From positions 1,526,323-1,590,322 of the forward strand of contig MU004194.1 of NCBI GenBank assembly GCA_010093605.1: a stretch of 64,000 bases of DNA, read 5' to 3'. How positions within the stretch are numbered: the stretch's first letter is position 1; each line of letters starts with the position of its first letter. The notes below the pieces were generated by a model that saw only the letters and a program-made list of their open reading frames with translations, had not been told where the DNA came from and searched no databases. Origin of the DNA: Lophium mytilinum. Taxonomy: Eukaryota. Made by a program: the position numbers and the translations under genes. This document shows positions 1 through 13,057 of this stretch, in pieces.

Positions 1-1527
1 CAGGCATTGCGGCTGCTACACAAGTTTCGTTCCCCATCGTAGTAGGCGAACTACTACCTATGAAATACCGCTTCTACGGGAATGCACTCATTTTCATCTT
101 TGCGATACCCGGATCTGGGTTTGGGCCTGCTGTTGCGCAAGGTTTCATCACGCACACAAGTGTAGGCTGGAGGGGTATCTACTATCTCGTAAGTATTAGG
201 TCATAAATCGCTAAAACTGTCGTACTGACTGTTTGGTAGTTGATCGCAATCAATGGCACCGCAGCGCTCTTCTGGATTCTCTTTTACCATCCTCCAACTT
301 TCCATATGAAGCACCGATCCGGAAAAGTGATGGAATATGTCAAAACGTTTGATTACGTTGGAGCCTTCTTGTTTATTCTTGGGCTTCTGCTGTTCCTGAT
401 GGGTAAGATTCCACTCGGCAAGTAATCTTAACTCTTACTAATATGCAACAGGTCTCAATTGGGGCGGCAGCACTTACCCATGGAAGTCCGCGCATGTCAT
501 CGCCGCTATCGTCGTCGGATTCATGCTTATGGTTGCGTTTGTACTATGGGAGAATTTTGCCCCCGCATCATTTCTCAAGGATCCTCTGGTTCCTATGCAT
601 CTTTTCAGAAATGGGCCATGGGTCATGTCTACAATCGTGCTCGGTGTCGGTGCGGGAATGTACTACGCTTTTGCCATAATCTGTGAGTTTCTCTCAGCCC
701 TATGCGGCGTTGAACGCTTACTTACCGTCCATTCTAGGGCCCTCTATGGTAGCAGTCCTTTACACGAACGGCGACCCAATGTACGCCAGCATCCTCGCCA
801 GTCTAGTGGGTCTCGGACTCCTAGCAGGCGAGATCATCGGCGGTCTCCTGGCCACCCCTCTCGGAAAGACGAAGTTCCAGATGATGTTTGCTGTCCTTTC
901 CGCTGGTATCTTTTTTGGCTGTAAGTCTTCGCAATTCGATTCAGCTTACCTAGATACTGACCTTCAAAAGGCGTCGCAGTCTGCACCCCAGACACCAAAG
1001 CCCTCGCCTGCGGTCTCGTATTCATGGGCTGCTTCTTCGTCGGCTGGGTCGAAAACGTCTGCCTCTCCCTCACCACCATCGCACTAGACGACCAAAACGA
1101 GATCGGTACCGGCGCTGGTGTGGCTGGATCCGTCCGCGCTGCTATCTCAACCATCTCGCAAACCGTCTACGTCGTCGTGCTATCCAATCGCCTTACTTCA
1201 ACCATCTCATCTCAAGTGCCGCCAGCGCTCGTCGCTGCGGGTCTGCCTGCAAGCAGCGTCGTTGACTTCCTCACTGCCATCACAGTTGGCACACCGGCTG
1301 CATTTGCCGCGGTGCCGGGGATCTCGGCGGACATCACTGCTGCTGGGCTGAGGGCGTATAAGGTTGCTAACGCAGACGCGTATCGTACGGTCTTCTTGAC
1401 GACGATTGCGTTTTCAGGGCTAGCTTTAGTGTTGAGTTGCTTCGTGCCGAATGTAGAGGACCGGATGACGGACGATGTGGCAGCGGCGTTGCATAATCGG
1501 AACGATGAGAAGACTGTGGGCTCGTGA
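1..1527 (+). CDS. MFS drug/efflux transporter, TRI12 (fungal trichothecene efflux pump)-like; 5' end lies outside the window
   Basis: Spliced ORFs with GT-AG introns (189-239, 403-451, ~623-737, ~920-970) join hydrophobic helices. Motifs WRGIYYL, FYHPPTF, GLNWGGSTYPWKSAHVI, DQNEIGTGAG and AYRTVFLTTIAF are typical of the family. Stop TGA at 1525-1527. Confidence 0.85.
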
Positions 1528-3618
1528 GAATAGCAGAGGCTTATATCACTGGAGGAAATCTAGCATACTGTTGAGAATATATAAGAAAATAAATTCGCAT
1601 TGAGTTCTTACCTGTCGCGTGGAGGTCAAATGAATATCACGTGATCCTCCTTTCCTACGTCGTGAAGCAGGTATAAATGTCCGATTTGAGCGTCGGATTC
1701 CTGTTCTGCAGAGAGAACGGGACCTTCGGTGGCACTGTTCAATAATCCAGGCCCTGTAAAGCCATGCTCTGTCGACTGTGGAAGATTTCAAGGTTCAAAC
1801 ATACTTCGATGGATGGAAGGTGGCACAGAAACTATGATGTACGTGCGTACGATGGAGTCGGAGTATCTCCCTCTTCCTAATGCTGTTCTCCACCATCAAC
1901 TTACTCACTTGATAATGGCCGGTTCCTTAGATCACTCCTACTCACTTTCACTTACTTTAGACATCTACCACCACCATTTCCCTACAAATCCCTCATTTCC
2001 AGCTTCAAATCCCTCCAAAGACTGCACCATTGTTCCTCGATTTGGCAGTTTTTGCCCCAATCACCACGCCACAGCCATAATAAGTTTTCGAGGGGCAGTT
2101 TTGATACCAGGCAGCCCTCTCCACATCAACTGCTGTCTTCACCGTTGTCAAAGTCCCCTGACGAGCATGATCCTAATGAGTGAGAAGAATGAGGAGGAAG
2201 AGAGACTTTATACCTGCCGAACCCCTGGGTTGGAAATTGGTCACGTAGATATCACGTGCTGTCTAACCACTCTACCCTAAACCCCTAAACAGCACAACAT
2301 CCACTCACATCGCCCGCACTACCCAGTTTTAATCAGCCAAGACTCACGTGCTCTCACGTGCTAAGGGGCATAAAACCTCCTCCCCTCCCTCTCTGTTTCA
2401 TTCTCGTTCATGGAGGAGGTCCATGGGGTACCTCTGAAAGCACTGATGGCTCGCGGTGCGGTGCTGAAAATGAAGGGTGGTAGAGGACAATGGCTGGGGG
2501 AAGGTGCTGGGGATCAAAAACAACAAGCGCGAAATAGCATGGAGAATAGCAGATTTCCCTTTCCTTCACCACTACTACGTCCTGATGATCCCGATCTGCT
2601 ACTGTTCCTATTCTGCAGTGTGATATCCGATAATTCTCACCATTATACCCAAACTAAGCCCTCTAACATCAATAGCTGCAGGTTATTGCTACCTCTAAGT
2701 CTTCCTGGTGTACATCATCATCTCTCCTACTCAGCCCCACGCCTCCCCTCCACTCTTCCACTCCTCTACTCCTCCACTCCATGGCTCATGTATCACTCCC
2801 ATTCTGACACACACACCCCTGCCCTCTCCCCTCCATCAGACATTTCGTACTCCCACGTTGCCACGCCTCCTCCACTCCACCCATGGCCGGAGACATAGTC
2901 ATGTTGATTTGATCCACCTCCTCCATGGGAAGCTTCTCTCTTTTATTTTGCCAGACCGCAAGGCCCGACCCAGACATGCTTTTTTTGCCATGATTTTTTG
3001 ATCACACCCCCGAGCCCGTTGCAGCTCCCCGACGAGAGAAAGACAGCGAGGGGGTGGAAGGGGTTTATATACCCCAACAATAGGAGAAATTGGGAGTGGA
3101 CACGTGACTCAAGTGCCCCGAGGGTCGGAGAACCGGTGAGCGGTGAGTCGTTAGGAGTTCAGTAGAGTACCATGCCTCGTGCTGGAAATCCGTACACTCG
3201 TATGCCACCGCATGAGGCGCCTCAGAGTATTTTCAGCGTTCCGAATGCGAGAGAAGCACGGCGTTTTGGGCTACTAGTAAACTCGCGGAGCCACTCCAGA
3301 CAGTGGCGACATGGTGTACGCGAGTAGATGAGGCGGAGATAGGGGATAAGGGATGTCACAAGCAAGAAGGAAGGAGTGATAGACGACGTGTTGATATCAA
3401 TTAGACAGCTACAGAGATCCTGAAGATAGAAAACTCCAACCCAGTCCCGCGAACCCAAACGCTCACAGAAGCCTCCTGAAAACCGATCAGCCAACACCGA
3501 TCCCAAAACCATAGCCCCACCTTCTCAACACCACAAACTCATGCATCACCCCTTCATCAACCTCTCTCCCACCCTACCCCTCCAACACCGCCCCAACCTC
3601 CTTCTCCAACTCGGCTAG

Positions 3619-6600
3619 TCACCCATTAATCAACCCCCCATATCCCCTCGCGCCGCCCCCAACCCCCTCAAACCCCCCAAACCCAGCCTGCGGCGGAAAC
3701 CCATCCAAATCCGTGCCGACCCCCCCGCCCACCCCAGCCTGCCACTCCCTCCAATCCTCGCTCCCCAGCGCCATAAAGTCCAAATGGCTCATACTCGCAT
3801 CCCCCACACTCTCCCCCATCAGCCCCATCTCGGGGAAGTGCGCGCCCGCAATCTGCGCAATCGAGTCCGAGTCCAGCTCCGCGCCCATCCACGTCGAGTT
3901 CTGCTGCTGCTGCTGCTGCCGCGGCGCCGAGCTCGACAAGGAAGCCGCCGAGGGCGTCGTGATGGCGGGATCGATCGGCGGCCCGCCGCTGTCGTGCAGC
4001 GCCGGCCACGCGCTGCTGATCTCACTCCGCGGCGTGACCATGATATACCCGTCCGCCGCGCCGGAGTCGGCGTCCACACCGCCACCTCTTGAGCTGGGCG
4101 GTGGCGGGGGCTTGATCTTGAACTCGGCCGTCGTGCTGATGCTCTGCGAGCGGAACTTCTTGTGCGAGCTGGCGGTGTTGGCGCGCGGGCGGGACGTCTG
4201 GCGGCGCTTGAAGACGGGCGGGTCGGCCATGTCGTCGTTGCTGGAGCCGCGGCGGGCGGGGACGAGGGCGCCGGCGGGCTTGTAGAGGTTGGTTTGGCCG
4301 TTGTGAGCGGTGCCGGTGGTGGTGGTTTCGCCGCGCAGTTCGAGCATGACGGCTTGCAGGACGACTGACATGCGCTCGGCGGGCTGGAAGGTGCAGGCCA
4401 TGTCTTGCAGGGCGGCTGAGAGACATTCGAGGTATTGCATGTTGTTGGCGCGGTCGACGGGGTCTTTGATGAAGGCGAGGGCGGCGACAAGGGCGGTGGC
4501 GGCGGTGCCCTGGGGCCGGGTTAGTTGGGGGTGATGATGGAGGTTAGGGGGTGTGGACTCACGGCGTGTTGCATTCCTGTCACGAAGATCTGCTTGGTAT
4601 CGAAGCGTTGGCGGTGTTGCCAGAATATCCTGGCGACCCGAATGGCGTGTTTTGTGCATACAGTTCGAGATAGAGCAGAGAAGTGGCTGTCAGGTCCGCT
4701 CGCTTCATCGTCGGCTTGTTGAGAATCCTCGTACATGGCGAAAGGACGATGGAGAAGAATGAGAGCAGAGTGGTATTGTTGATGAAGAAGGAAAAAGGAA
4801 AAAGGGGCCGCATTGATATTCGCCGGTGTCCACCGTAATGTGTCTGGAAGACGGGCATACCAGTTGCTGAACTCCCTATCCAAAGCTGCCATTCGAAGAT
4901 ATTGGTTCCGGTCGATGACTGCGTCTGGTCCTTGAGATCGTGGGTCCATGTTCTCTGTGATCTTACCCGCCAGCTCCATTAGATCCAGCAGAGCTTCGTA
5001 GATTTGAGTTTCCAAGCTTTTCTCAACGCCGGCAGGTCGACAGGTTCCGAGGCGCTCGAACTGTTTCGACAGCGAGTAGATCTCCAGGTCTGTGCTCTTC
5101 ATACTGGTTGGTCGTCCTAGGAAAAGTGCCCAATACCTGAACGATGTCAGTTACGCTTCTGAACGCTGCTCTTGAAGACTTACTTGTCATAGATAACGCA
5201 AGCCCAGAGGGTCATTTGTCTGATTTCCACCTCTCGCACCGAGAGTCCAGAGAGGCGTGTATCAAGATGAAGGCTGCAAATACGTTAGTTGCGTTCAGGA
5301 CCCCAGTTCTAGTTACTTAGGCTTACCCAATGTCAAAAGCCAGTCTCACAGCCAGACCAGCATAAAGCCATCCCAGATTATCTCTGCCAACTGCAAATCT
5401 ATCAGCTCTGCATCTTCAAATCGCCTTGCAATCAACATACCCTGACACTCCAGATCGCCAAGCAAGAGCAACGCGACAACCGACGGAATCCCCCCCGGCC
5501 TCTCCAACTCATGATCAAGCATATACTTTGCCTCACGATGCAGCGTGCTCTCCTTCTGCGGTAACGACAGTCTCTGAATATCAGGCCTCGTCTTATCCGC
5601 AAATCGATACCCCATCGCCAGCACACACACGTGGAGGAAACCCGAGTAGAACTGCGCTCGGCCAGTCTCGCGGTCCTCGTTAAAGGCCTCTTTGTGTAGG
5701 ACGTGAATGACAGAGTTATAGTGCTGCCAGAAGACCTCCATGAGGTAGTCGTAGGTGTCTAGCGAAAGGGACCGCACGATCTTCTCTGCTCGCCGCGACT
5801 GCTCCGAGGACTCAGAGTTCGAGCCATGTGAGTTGCCTAGTTCCGAGTGGACGTGGCAGTTTGTGGTGGGCCCGAAGTACCGCAAGCGACCGCTGAGCTG
5901 GTCGAAGCTGAGATGGCCACGGGTGGAGAGGAGGCGATTAACCATGCCGTCTTTCCTGGGAGGCCCAGGGGCAAGGACTGTGGGAGATGGAGCATCGACC
6001 TCGTCGCCACGGTGGCTGCTGCTGTCCTGGTTGTCTAGTTGGTCTAGTTGGTCGACATCTATGAAGTCATCTTGCTGGCTGCCCGGGCTTGAGTTGTCGG
6101 GGCCATTGCTGGATGGCTTGTCGGCTCCTCGCTGTGGGGATGGTTCACTATCTTGGGGGAGGCCGTGACGAGTCTTGGGAGGATGGTTTGCAGGTGGTGG
6201 CTCAGCTCCATGCTCCTTCAGCATAGTTTCGAGTAGCGCCACACGCTCTGTGAGAGAGCACATGTAGGCCCGAGAGATCGGCCTTCACTCCGAAGTTAGA
6301 ATCGCCCAATCAAGAAAGTCGGAATCGCTCACCTCCGCCTCTCATCGTCGTTCTTGATTATGCACTCCACTCCAGACCTCTTGCACTGAGTGCACTCGCT
6401 ATCGCCTGGTGGCACTACGCACTTTTTGAAAAGTCAGTATATAGCTGAAACGGGTAACCCGGAGCATCCATACCCTGATTCTGCGATCTCTGCAACTCGC
6501 ACACGCAACAGAAGCCCTATGACGCGACTTCTGGCGCTTCTGAGCTGCCGTCTGAGCTTGCTCAGGCTGGTTCTTCTCATCTAGCAGCTCACCGTTCACA

Positions 6601-6629
6601 CTGCCTGAGTTCGGGGGCGTGGACTGCAT
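3619..6629 (-). CDS. Zn(II)2Cys6 transcription factor with fungal-specific TF domain
   Basis: ATG at 6629. Spliced ACASCRDRRIR/CVVPPGDSECTQCKRSGVEC binuclear cluster, then LTERVALLE coiled coil, YFGPTT, fungal TF middle domain (LGRPT, LLHRPF) and an acidic/Gly tail. Several introns. Confidence 0.92.
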
Positions 6630-7788
6630 CTTGCAACTCAGATTTGGTGAGGATAGTGGAGACAAGGCGAGGTTCTTCAGACATCCAAGGGGAAAAGTGG
6701 GAGAGATGCGGAGGCGGGGGAGGGCAGAAGTCAAAAAGCTGGAGAAAGATGCAGATAAGTCAGTGCAGCCGGGGGTAGCTGGACCGGCGGCCGACCCTGA
6801 GTGAAGGGCACCAGGACTCAACGTCGATGGCGCTGCATGATGCACGCTACGGGTGGGTCTAGGGATCAAGGACTGTGGGGACCCCACCTCCACAATCACA
6901 GAGACAGTCCTGGCGTTTCTCGAGCTCGCTGTGCCGTTCTGACCGGCGCGGAAGCGATTCCAGGCCAATCGAGAGCAAGCACCAGCCTTGGGGATGGGCA
7001 GCTGTGGATGGGTCTGGTATCCATCAGACCGGTGGCGAGGGGCATCCAGACAGCTTCCCTGCGTCAGGGCTGTCACAGGGTGCTGGAAGGGTGCGAGGCT
7101 ACGGCGTGCTGGGGGCGGCTATGAGCATTGTGTGGCCAATAGCACCACGTCAGGAGTAGTTTCCACGTATCTCGGGGAGCTTGCGAGGGCGGAGATCGGG
7201 TAGGATCCAAGAGACGACCGCTCGGGGCCCACGCCGGTGGTGGTGTTGACAGAGGCTGGCGGCACGAGTCAGGAGCGTCTGGAGTCGTGCAGCGGTCGGG
7301 GGTAGCCTTATTCAGCTACAGCGCGCGGGCTATGAATGCGGGGCCGCGCTTCACCTCGACGGCCAGGACGGCTCTGGTCTTCCTCGGGCTCTTGCGTACG
7401 TGCTGTGGTTGGGTGGCGGTAGCCGACGTGGGAAGCCGGTGATCCACTATCGAAGACACTACTGATTCAGCGCCGAGTCATGTTTCCACGTGATTTGGAC
7501 GTCGACCTGTCATGAGCCCAACGACGAGGCATAATTGAAGCTACCGAATACAGTGCACCAGACCCGACGAGGGGGCCCCTACCATCCGCGACCTCCGCAC
7601 GCGTCGCCCGCCGTCAGCTACCAAGAAAGCCGGCCTTCAAGCAATGCTCATCCCCATCCATGCACAACGCCACCAATCTGGGGTACTGACAAAACGAAAA
7701 TTGGGAGGAAAGTGGACGCAACACTCAAACAAGGCAGACGATGCCGAATATAGACTGCATACTAAACATGCGAACGCTTGCCCAATGC

Positions 7789-9696
7789 TTACTCGACTGA
7801 CCACTCGTGGTCCGAGTTCCTGATATAGGTGCTGAGCCCGAGCACATCGCGAGACGCTGTCGCCTTTACGTCGCCATTGCCCAAGAACGCGAAGCGATTC
7901 TTGTAGCGGTATGTAAAGTCGTAGTCCTCGAATCGCGGGTCCTTGATGGACTTCAAAAAGTGGATCGTCTAGCGAAACGAAGAAGGTTCGTTAGCATGCG
8001 TCAAAGCGGGGTCTGGGGGGATGCAACGCCAAACTTACTGCGCCCGGCCACAGGTAGATGCGATTCTTGATCTTGCCGTCCTTGAACCAACTGCGGCACT
8101 CCTCTTTCCATACCGTCGCTTTGTGGTACTCGTCGAAGTGTGCGTAGATCTCGTCGAGTGCCTCCTGCTTGACCGCCAAGGCCTTGATGCCCTCCGTCTG
8201 CATCTTCTTCATGCACTTGATCGAGTATTCGACCGTCGTTTCGATCGACGGAAGCAGCGTGCCGTTACTCCACGTCGCGCCAGGGCCCACAATAGTGTAG
8301 AAGTTGGGGAATCGCGGGGCTGATACGCCAAAGTAGAGGTTGGGACCGTCGGTCCAGTCTTGCTTGATCGACTTGCCCGCGCCGTTGATCACAGTGAAAG
8401 CAGGCTGGAATGCGACCTGGAATCCGGTAGCACAGACGATGATGTCGACCTTGTGCACCTTTCCGTCCCTTGTTTGAAGACCCTCCGGCACTACCTTCTC
8501 GATCCCTTCGAACACTGGCGTCACGTTTTCTTGAACCAACGCCTCAAGGTAGCCATCTCCGGGGGAGATTCGTCGGCAGCCCGGAGACCACTTTGGAATG
8601 ATGAATGACTTTAGTTCCTCGTGCCCTGGGCCCATGCGGCGGTTCATTTCTGCTGTGATGACTTCGCGGAAGTGGTTGGATAGTTCAGAGCCTTGCTGGT
8701 ACATGCCGAAAAGACCGTTGATCTCCGCCTCGATGCTCTTGCGGAACGAAAGGTGGTAATCCGGGTCCTCGGCGAAGCGCTTCTTCTCCGCTTCGCTGAA
8801 GGTGTATTGTCGCTGTCCGGGGTTGACATCCTCGCCCTTGTGCACGTCGTCGAGAGCTCCAGCGCCAAAGGGCGGGCTGATCCACGTCGGACTCCTCATG
8901 TAAACCTGCACCTCCTTACAAATCTTCTGCAGCGAGGGCACGATTTGCACACTGGTAGAGCCAGTACCAATAACACCGACGACCTTGCCCTCGAAGTCAA
9001 CCTCGTGGTCCCAGGCCGCAGAGTGCATCAGACCGCCCTTGAAGTCATGCAGACCCTCAATCTCCGGCCACTTCCAGCTATTCAAGATGCCAGTGCCGTT
9101 AACAAAGACATGTGCCCAGTCTTCTGACTTCTCCTTCGTCGTTTGGTCCTCAGTCGTACTAATCACTCTGTCAGTTCCACTCCTCACTTCCACTCACATC
9201 CACAGGATTGAACTCACATATGCCACACCCCCTCCTCCTCATCCCACCTCGTCTCCACAATCTTCGTATTCAGCTTCATATACTTCTTACTCCCATGCCT
9301 CTCCGCAAACCCCTCAAAATACCCCTGAATCTCCTTACCCGCCGCGAAGAACGTGGTCCAATCCGGCTTCGGGTCCCACGTAAACACGTAGTCGTGAGCC
9401 GGGATATCGCACGCAACACCCGGGTACGTGTTCTCGTACCACGTACCGCCGAACTGTGGGTTCTTCTCGAACAGCGTCAACTCGAAGGAGCCGGGAGTGA
9501 GCATCTTCTCCATCTTGTATGCGAGACATAGCCCCGAGGCGCCGGCGCCGCAGCACGCGACGCGCAGCTTCGACGGCTTGGAGTGGTACTGGTCCAGCAC
9601 TCTGTACGGGCCATCGACATTGTGGGGCGGGTAGCCGAATTCCGGGGCTTTGAGGCCGTTTGTGCCGTTGGCTAGGCCGGTGGCGGAGGGCGCCAT
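7789..9696 (-). CDS. Flavin-dependent Baeyer-Villiger monooxygenase (type I BVMO/FMO-like)
   Basis: Two Rossmann motifs (GAGASG, GTGSTS), GGTWYENTYPGVACD, the BVMO fingerprint FKGGLMHSAAWD, and ATGF. Two introns; last exon ends ...DHEWSVE* at 7789. Confidence 0.92.
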
Positions 9697-10792
9697 GGTG
9701 GTGGTTGGAGAGGGGGTCGTGGGTTTTTTGTCTTTTCTTCTAACGCTCAATTGCAAGAAACGCAAACGCAAACGCGAGAGCAGAGCTGAGATCGAGTTTG
9801 TGTGTAACCACGAAGGAAGCGGGGAAAAGGCGAGGGGAGCAGCAAGCAAAGAAAAGCGTCGATCTTCTCGATAGTAGTAAACAAATACCCAAACTGTAGA
9901 ATGGAGAACGACGTCTGTCTTCTTAAACGAAAAGTCCAATAGATCAAGGTATGTATCAGACCACAGCAACCTGATATTTCCCAGCTTGGAATTCCCAGGA
10001 GTGCTTTAACCGCCTTTCTTTTCACCTCGGGGGGCGGGCCAGGGTGGGTATATCATATCCAGCAGATTGACCCGCAAAGCCCAGCCCCCGAGCCCTTTTT
10101 CCCACTACTCTGCGTCGGCCAAACATATCCCGCCCAGCGGAAGACAAAAGAGGTCGCTTGTCGGGATCACATGGTGCGTTTTCGCCAGCTGCAGAGTACA
10201 CACGCTACCGCACTCCCGCGTTGCGTGGGGCTAGGGCGGGCGGCGCGCTTTGGTGGGTTGCGGAAATGCATTCGCGAGGCGGGGATGAGGCGGGGATAGT
10301 AGCTACACGGCAGCACCAGGCGGGCTGTCATAATTGACTAATCTCCGTGTTATTTATCGCTTCTGTCCAGCTTCCTCGGCGTGGGTCTGGCGATGATGGC
10401 TCGAGCGGTCATGGTTTGAGTCCACAATTATAGCGAGCGTGGTGTGAGATGCTCGGAAACCGTCAACCACCAATTCAGATGTTGCGGTTCGTGGAGGTCG
10501 ACATGTTGCCGAGTCTCCAAATCGCGTATATCGTTATGCTGGTGGGATTGATTCAAAGTGCTGGCTCATTGTGATTCGTGCTTCTGGCGTAAAGCCGGAA
10601 GACGACCCGCGTGTTGTTTGAATACCGTGAAGATTTGGCGACGCGCGTGATCCCATGATCTGGTCGCCGTAATCGGTAAAAATCGCAATCGACATCAAGG
10701 CAATAATAATGCAATTGTACTCCTAGAAATGCTGCGAGACACACCCCTACCCTTAGGGACTCGTGTCTAGTAATTGAAAATACATAGCCATC

Positions 10793-12697
10793 TCATAGCT
10801 TCGCCTTCAGCTTCCCATTCATCGCCGCTGCATCCCGTTTCGACCACTCCTTTATGACCTTCCGCATAATCTTGCCGCTCGCGAGCTTAGGGACTTCATC
10901 GACGAATGAAATGCCGCCTACTAGCTGCTTGTGTTTGGCCACCTTCTCCTTCATAAAAGCGTGGATTTCCGCTTCTGTGAGTTTGCCTTTCGCCTCGTCT
11001 TTGAGGTGAACGTAGGCGCGGGGCCATTCGTCGTCGTCACTATGTTCGTCAGAGATCGAACTCAGGGGCAAGAGCTGAGATACATACAGTATGATGCCAA
11101 CCACCGCAGCATCAGCGATCGAGTCGTGTTCGAGAAGGACTGCCTCGAGCTCCGCCGGAGCCACTTGCAGTGCGTTGACCTTAATCAATTCCTATACTGC
11201 GCGTTAGTAGGGAGATCCTCAAGCGGCTAAGGCTACCATCATACCTTTTTCCGATCGACAATCCAGAACCAATCGTCCTTCACGACCGCAACGTCGCCCG
11301 TCTTCAACCACCCCTCTGAATCAAGCGACTCCTTCGTCGCATGCGGGTTCCGCCAATAACCTAAGCAAACCTGCGGCCCCCGAACATACATCTCACCAGA
11401 TTGACCATCCGGAACCTCTTTCCCATCATCGTCAACAAGCATACACTCGGTATTTGGATCAAGGCAGCCCACAGATCCAGAACTATAGAGTTGTCAGTAT
11501 TGCCTCCAAAGAGTAGCCTCAACACACTCACTCGTCTACAGTGCCCCCAGGTACATGGATCGCTCCACACGTAACCTCCGTCATGCCCCAGCCCTGCACA
11601 ATCTCGCAATTCAACTGACTCGACACCGAGTTCTGCAGCTCCTTCGACAGCGGCGCAGCACCGCAGAGAACATCCGTCACGCTGCTCAAATCGTACTTGC
11701 TGGTCTCGGGCCGCTTGCTCAGCATGATCAAGATTGGCGGCGCCGTCTGAAGATGCGTAACCTTGTGATCCTGGATAATCCGCAAGAACTCCTCATACTG
11801 GAATGCCTTCATGATATACACCGGGACCTGCAGCTTTTGCGCCATGGCAATTGTATACAGTTGCCCGTATGCGTGGTAAAGGGGCAGGAAGCCGACCCAT
11901 CGCTCTGGCGGGCGGTTGTGGGCTTTGTATGGTTTCTTGAGGTAGCGCATGTAGATTGTCTGGTCCAGATTCGCGATGAGATTGTGATGGCTGACTTCGA
12001 CGCCTTTGGGGAGGCCAGTGGTGCCGCTGGAGTAGTTGACGGTTGCTGTCGTTTTAACGGATTCTTCAGGCGTCATACGTGGGAAGTCGTATTGCGCGGC
12101 TTCCTCTGGGGAGCCGAGAAAGGCTCGCCAGTCTTTGAGGCCTTCGATTGAAGGATTTGGGACGTCGGAGAAGAGGAGCACGCGTCCGTCAGGTAACCCT
12201 GCTTTCCGAGCTGCAGCGACGGCGGTTTTGGCGAAGGTTGGATGTGCTAGGATGTATTGTGCTTGGGTATTCTGGATTTGGTGAACCATTTCTAGTTATT
12301 GTTAGCTATCAATTGCAAGATTTCTTATCACATAAAACACATTGAGAAGCACGTGTGGAGGGATATATCAGGGTGACTGACCAGAAAGGGTATATGCGGG
12401 ATTTGCGCCGCTGAAGATTCTCTTTGAGCCAACAATTCCCAAATATGCGACCGGCACAAAAATGTGATTTGGGGTGTAAATCATGACAACTTCGCCAGTC
12501 TTGCTGCCAATTCGGTCCAATCCAATCGCTAACCGCTTCACCCATTGCAGCAGCGCTTTGGGCGTTAGATGATGACTTGTGTCCTTCGAATCGATCCATA
12601 TCGGTGTCTCTGAAGCTGCAGCATTATCAGGGAACAGATAATGCAGCAAATTGACCTTTGGGATATCAAGGTCTGGGAAGGGTGACTTGAACGGCAT
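10793..12697 (-). CDS. 4-coumarate:CoA ligase-like acyl-CoA synthetase, predicted peroxisomal
   Basis: AMP-binding motif [11 protein letters not shown], plus [21 protein letters not shown] and PKLASGKI. C-terminal PTS1 -AKL. Multi-exon. Confidence 0.92.
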
Positions 12698-13057
12698 GGT
12701 CGTGGTGCTTAGGGAGTGGGGTTGGGCGACGGATGAAAGAAAGTCGACGCAACAAATTGGCTGACAACAGCCTTCCGGGATTGGAGAAGCTTTTGTCCAT
12801 ATCTCCCTTAAGTATGAGGCCCAGCTTGACGAGTTCTGGTAGCGTGGGCTGCAACAGCCAGGTCGCTGCCGGGGGAGTCGGCGGCGTGCCCCTCGCAAGA
12901 AGCTTGACCGAGGATATCGATCTCCAGCCCACCAGAGCTACCCGCCAGCTAACCCCATACCCAAGGTAGTAGCTCTTCGACATGAAGCCTCCTTAGACGA
13001 CCCTTTATTTATTCTTTTCTTGTGGGAGAGTTCAATTTCTTCTCTATATCCGCGATT

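Noticed and set aside
2260..3000. Telomerase RNA, suggested by ACCCTAA-like motifs near 2275
   Set aside because: No proper TAACCCTAA template on either strand in the interval, and no recognisable pseudoknot or CR4/5 could be supported.
1729..3512. ORFs of 60-183 aa in the MFS-TF intergenic region
   Set aside because: No recognisable motifs or coding-like composition; not called as genes.
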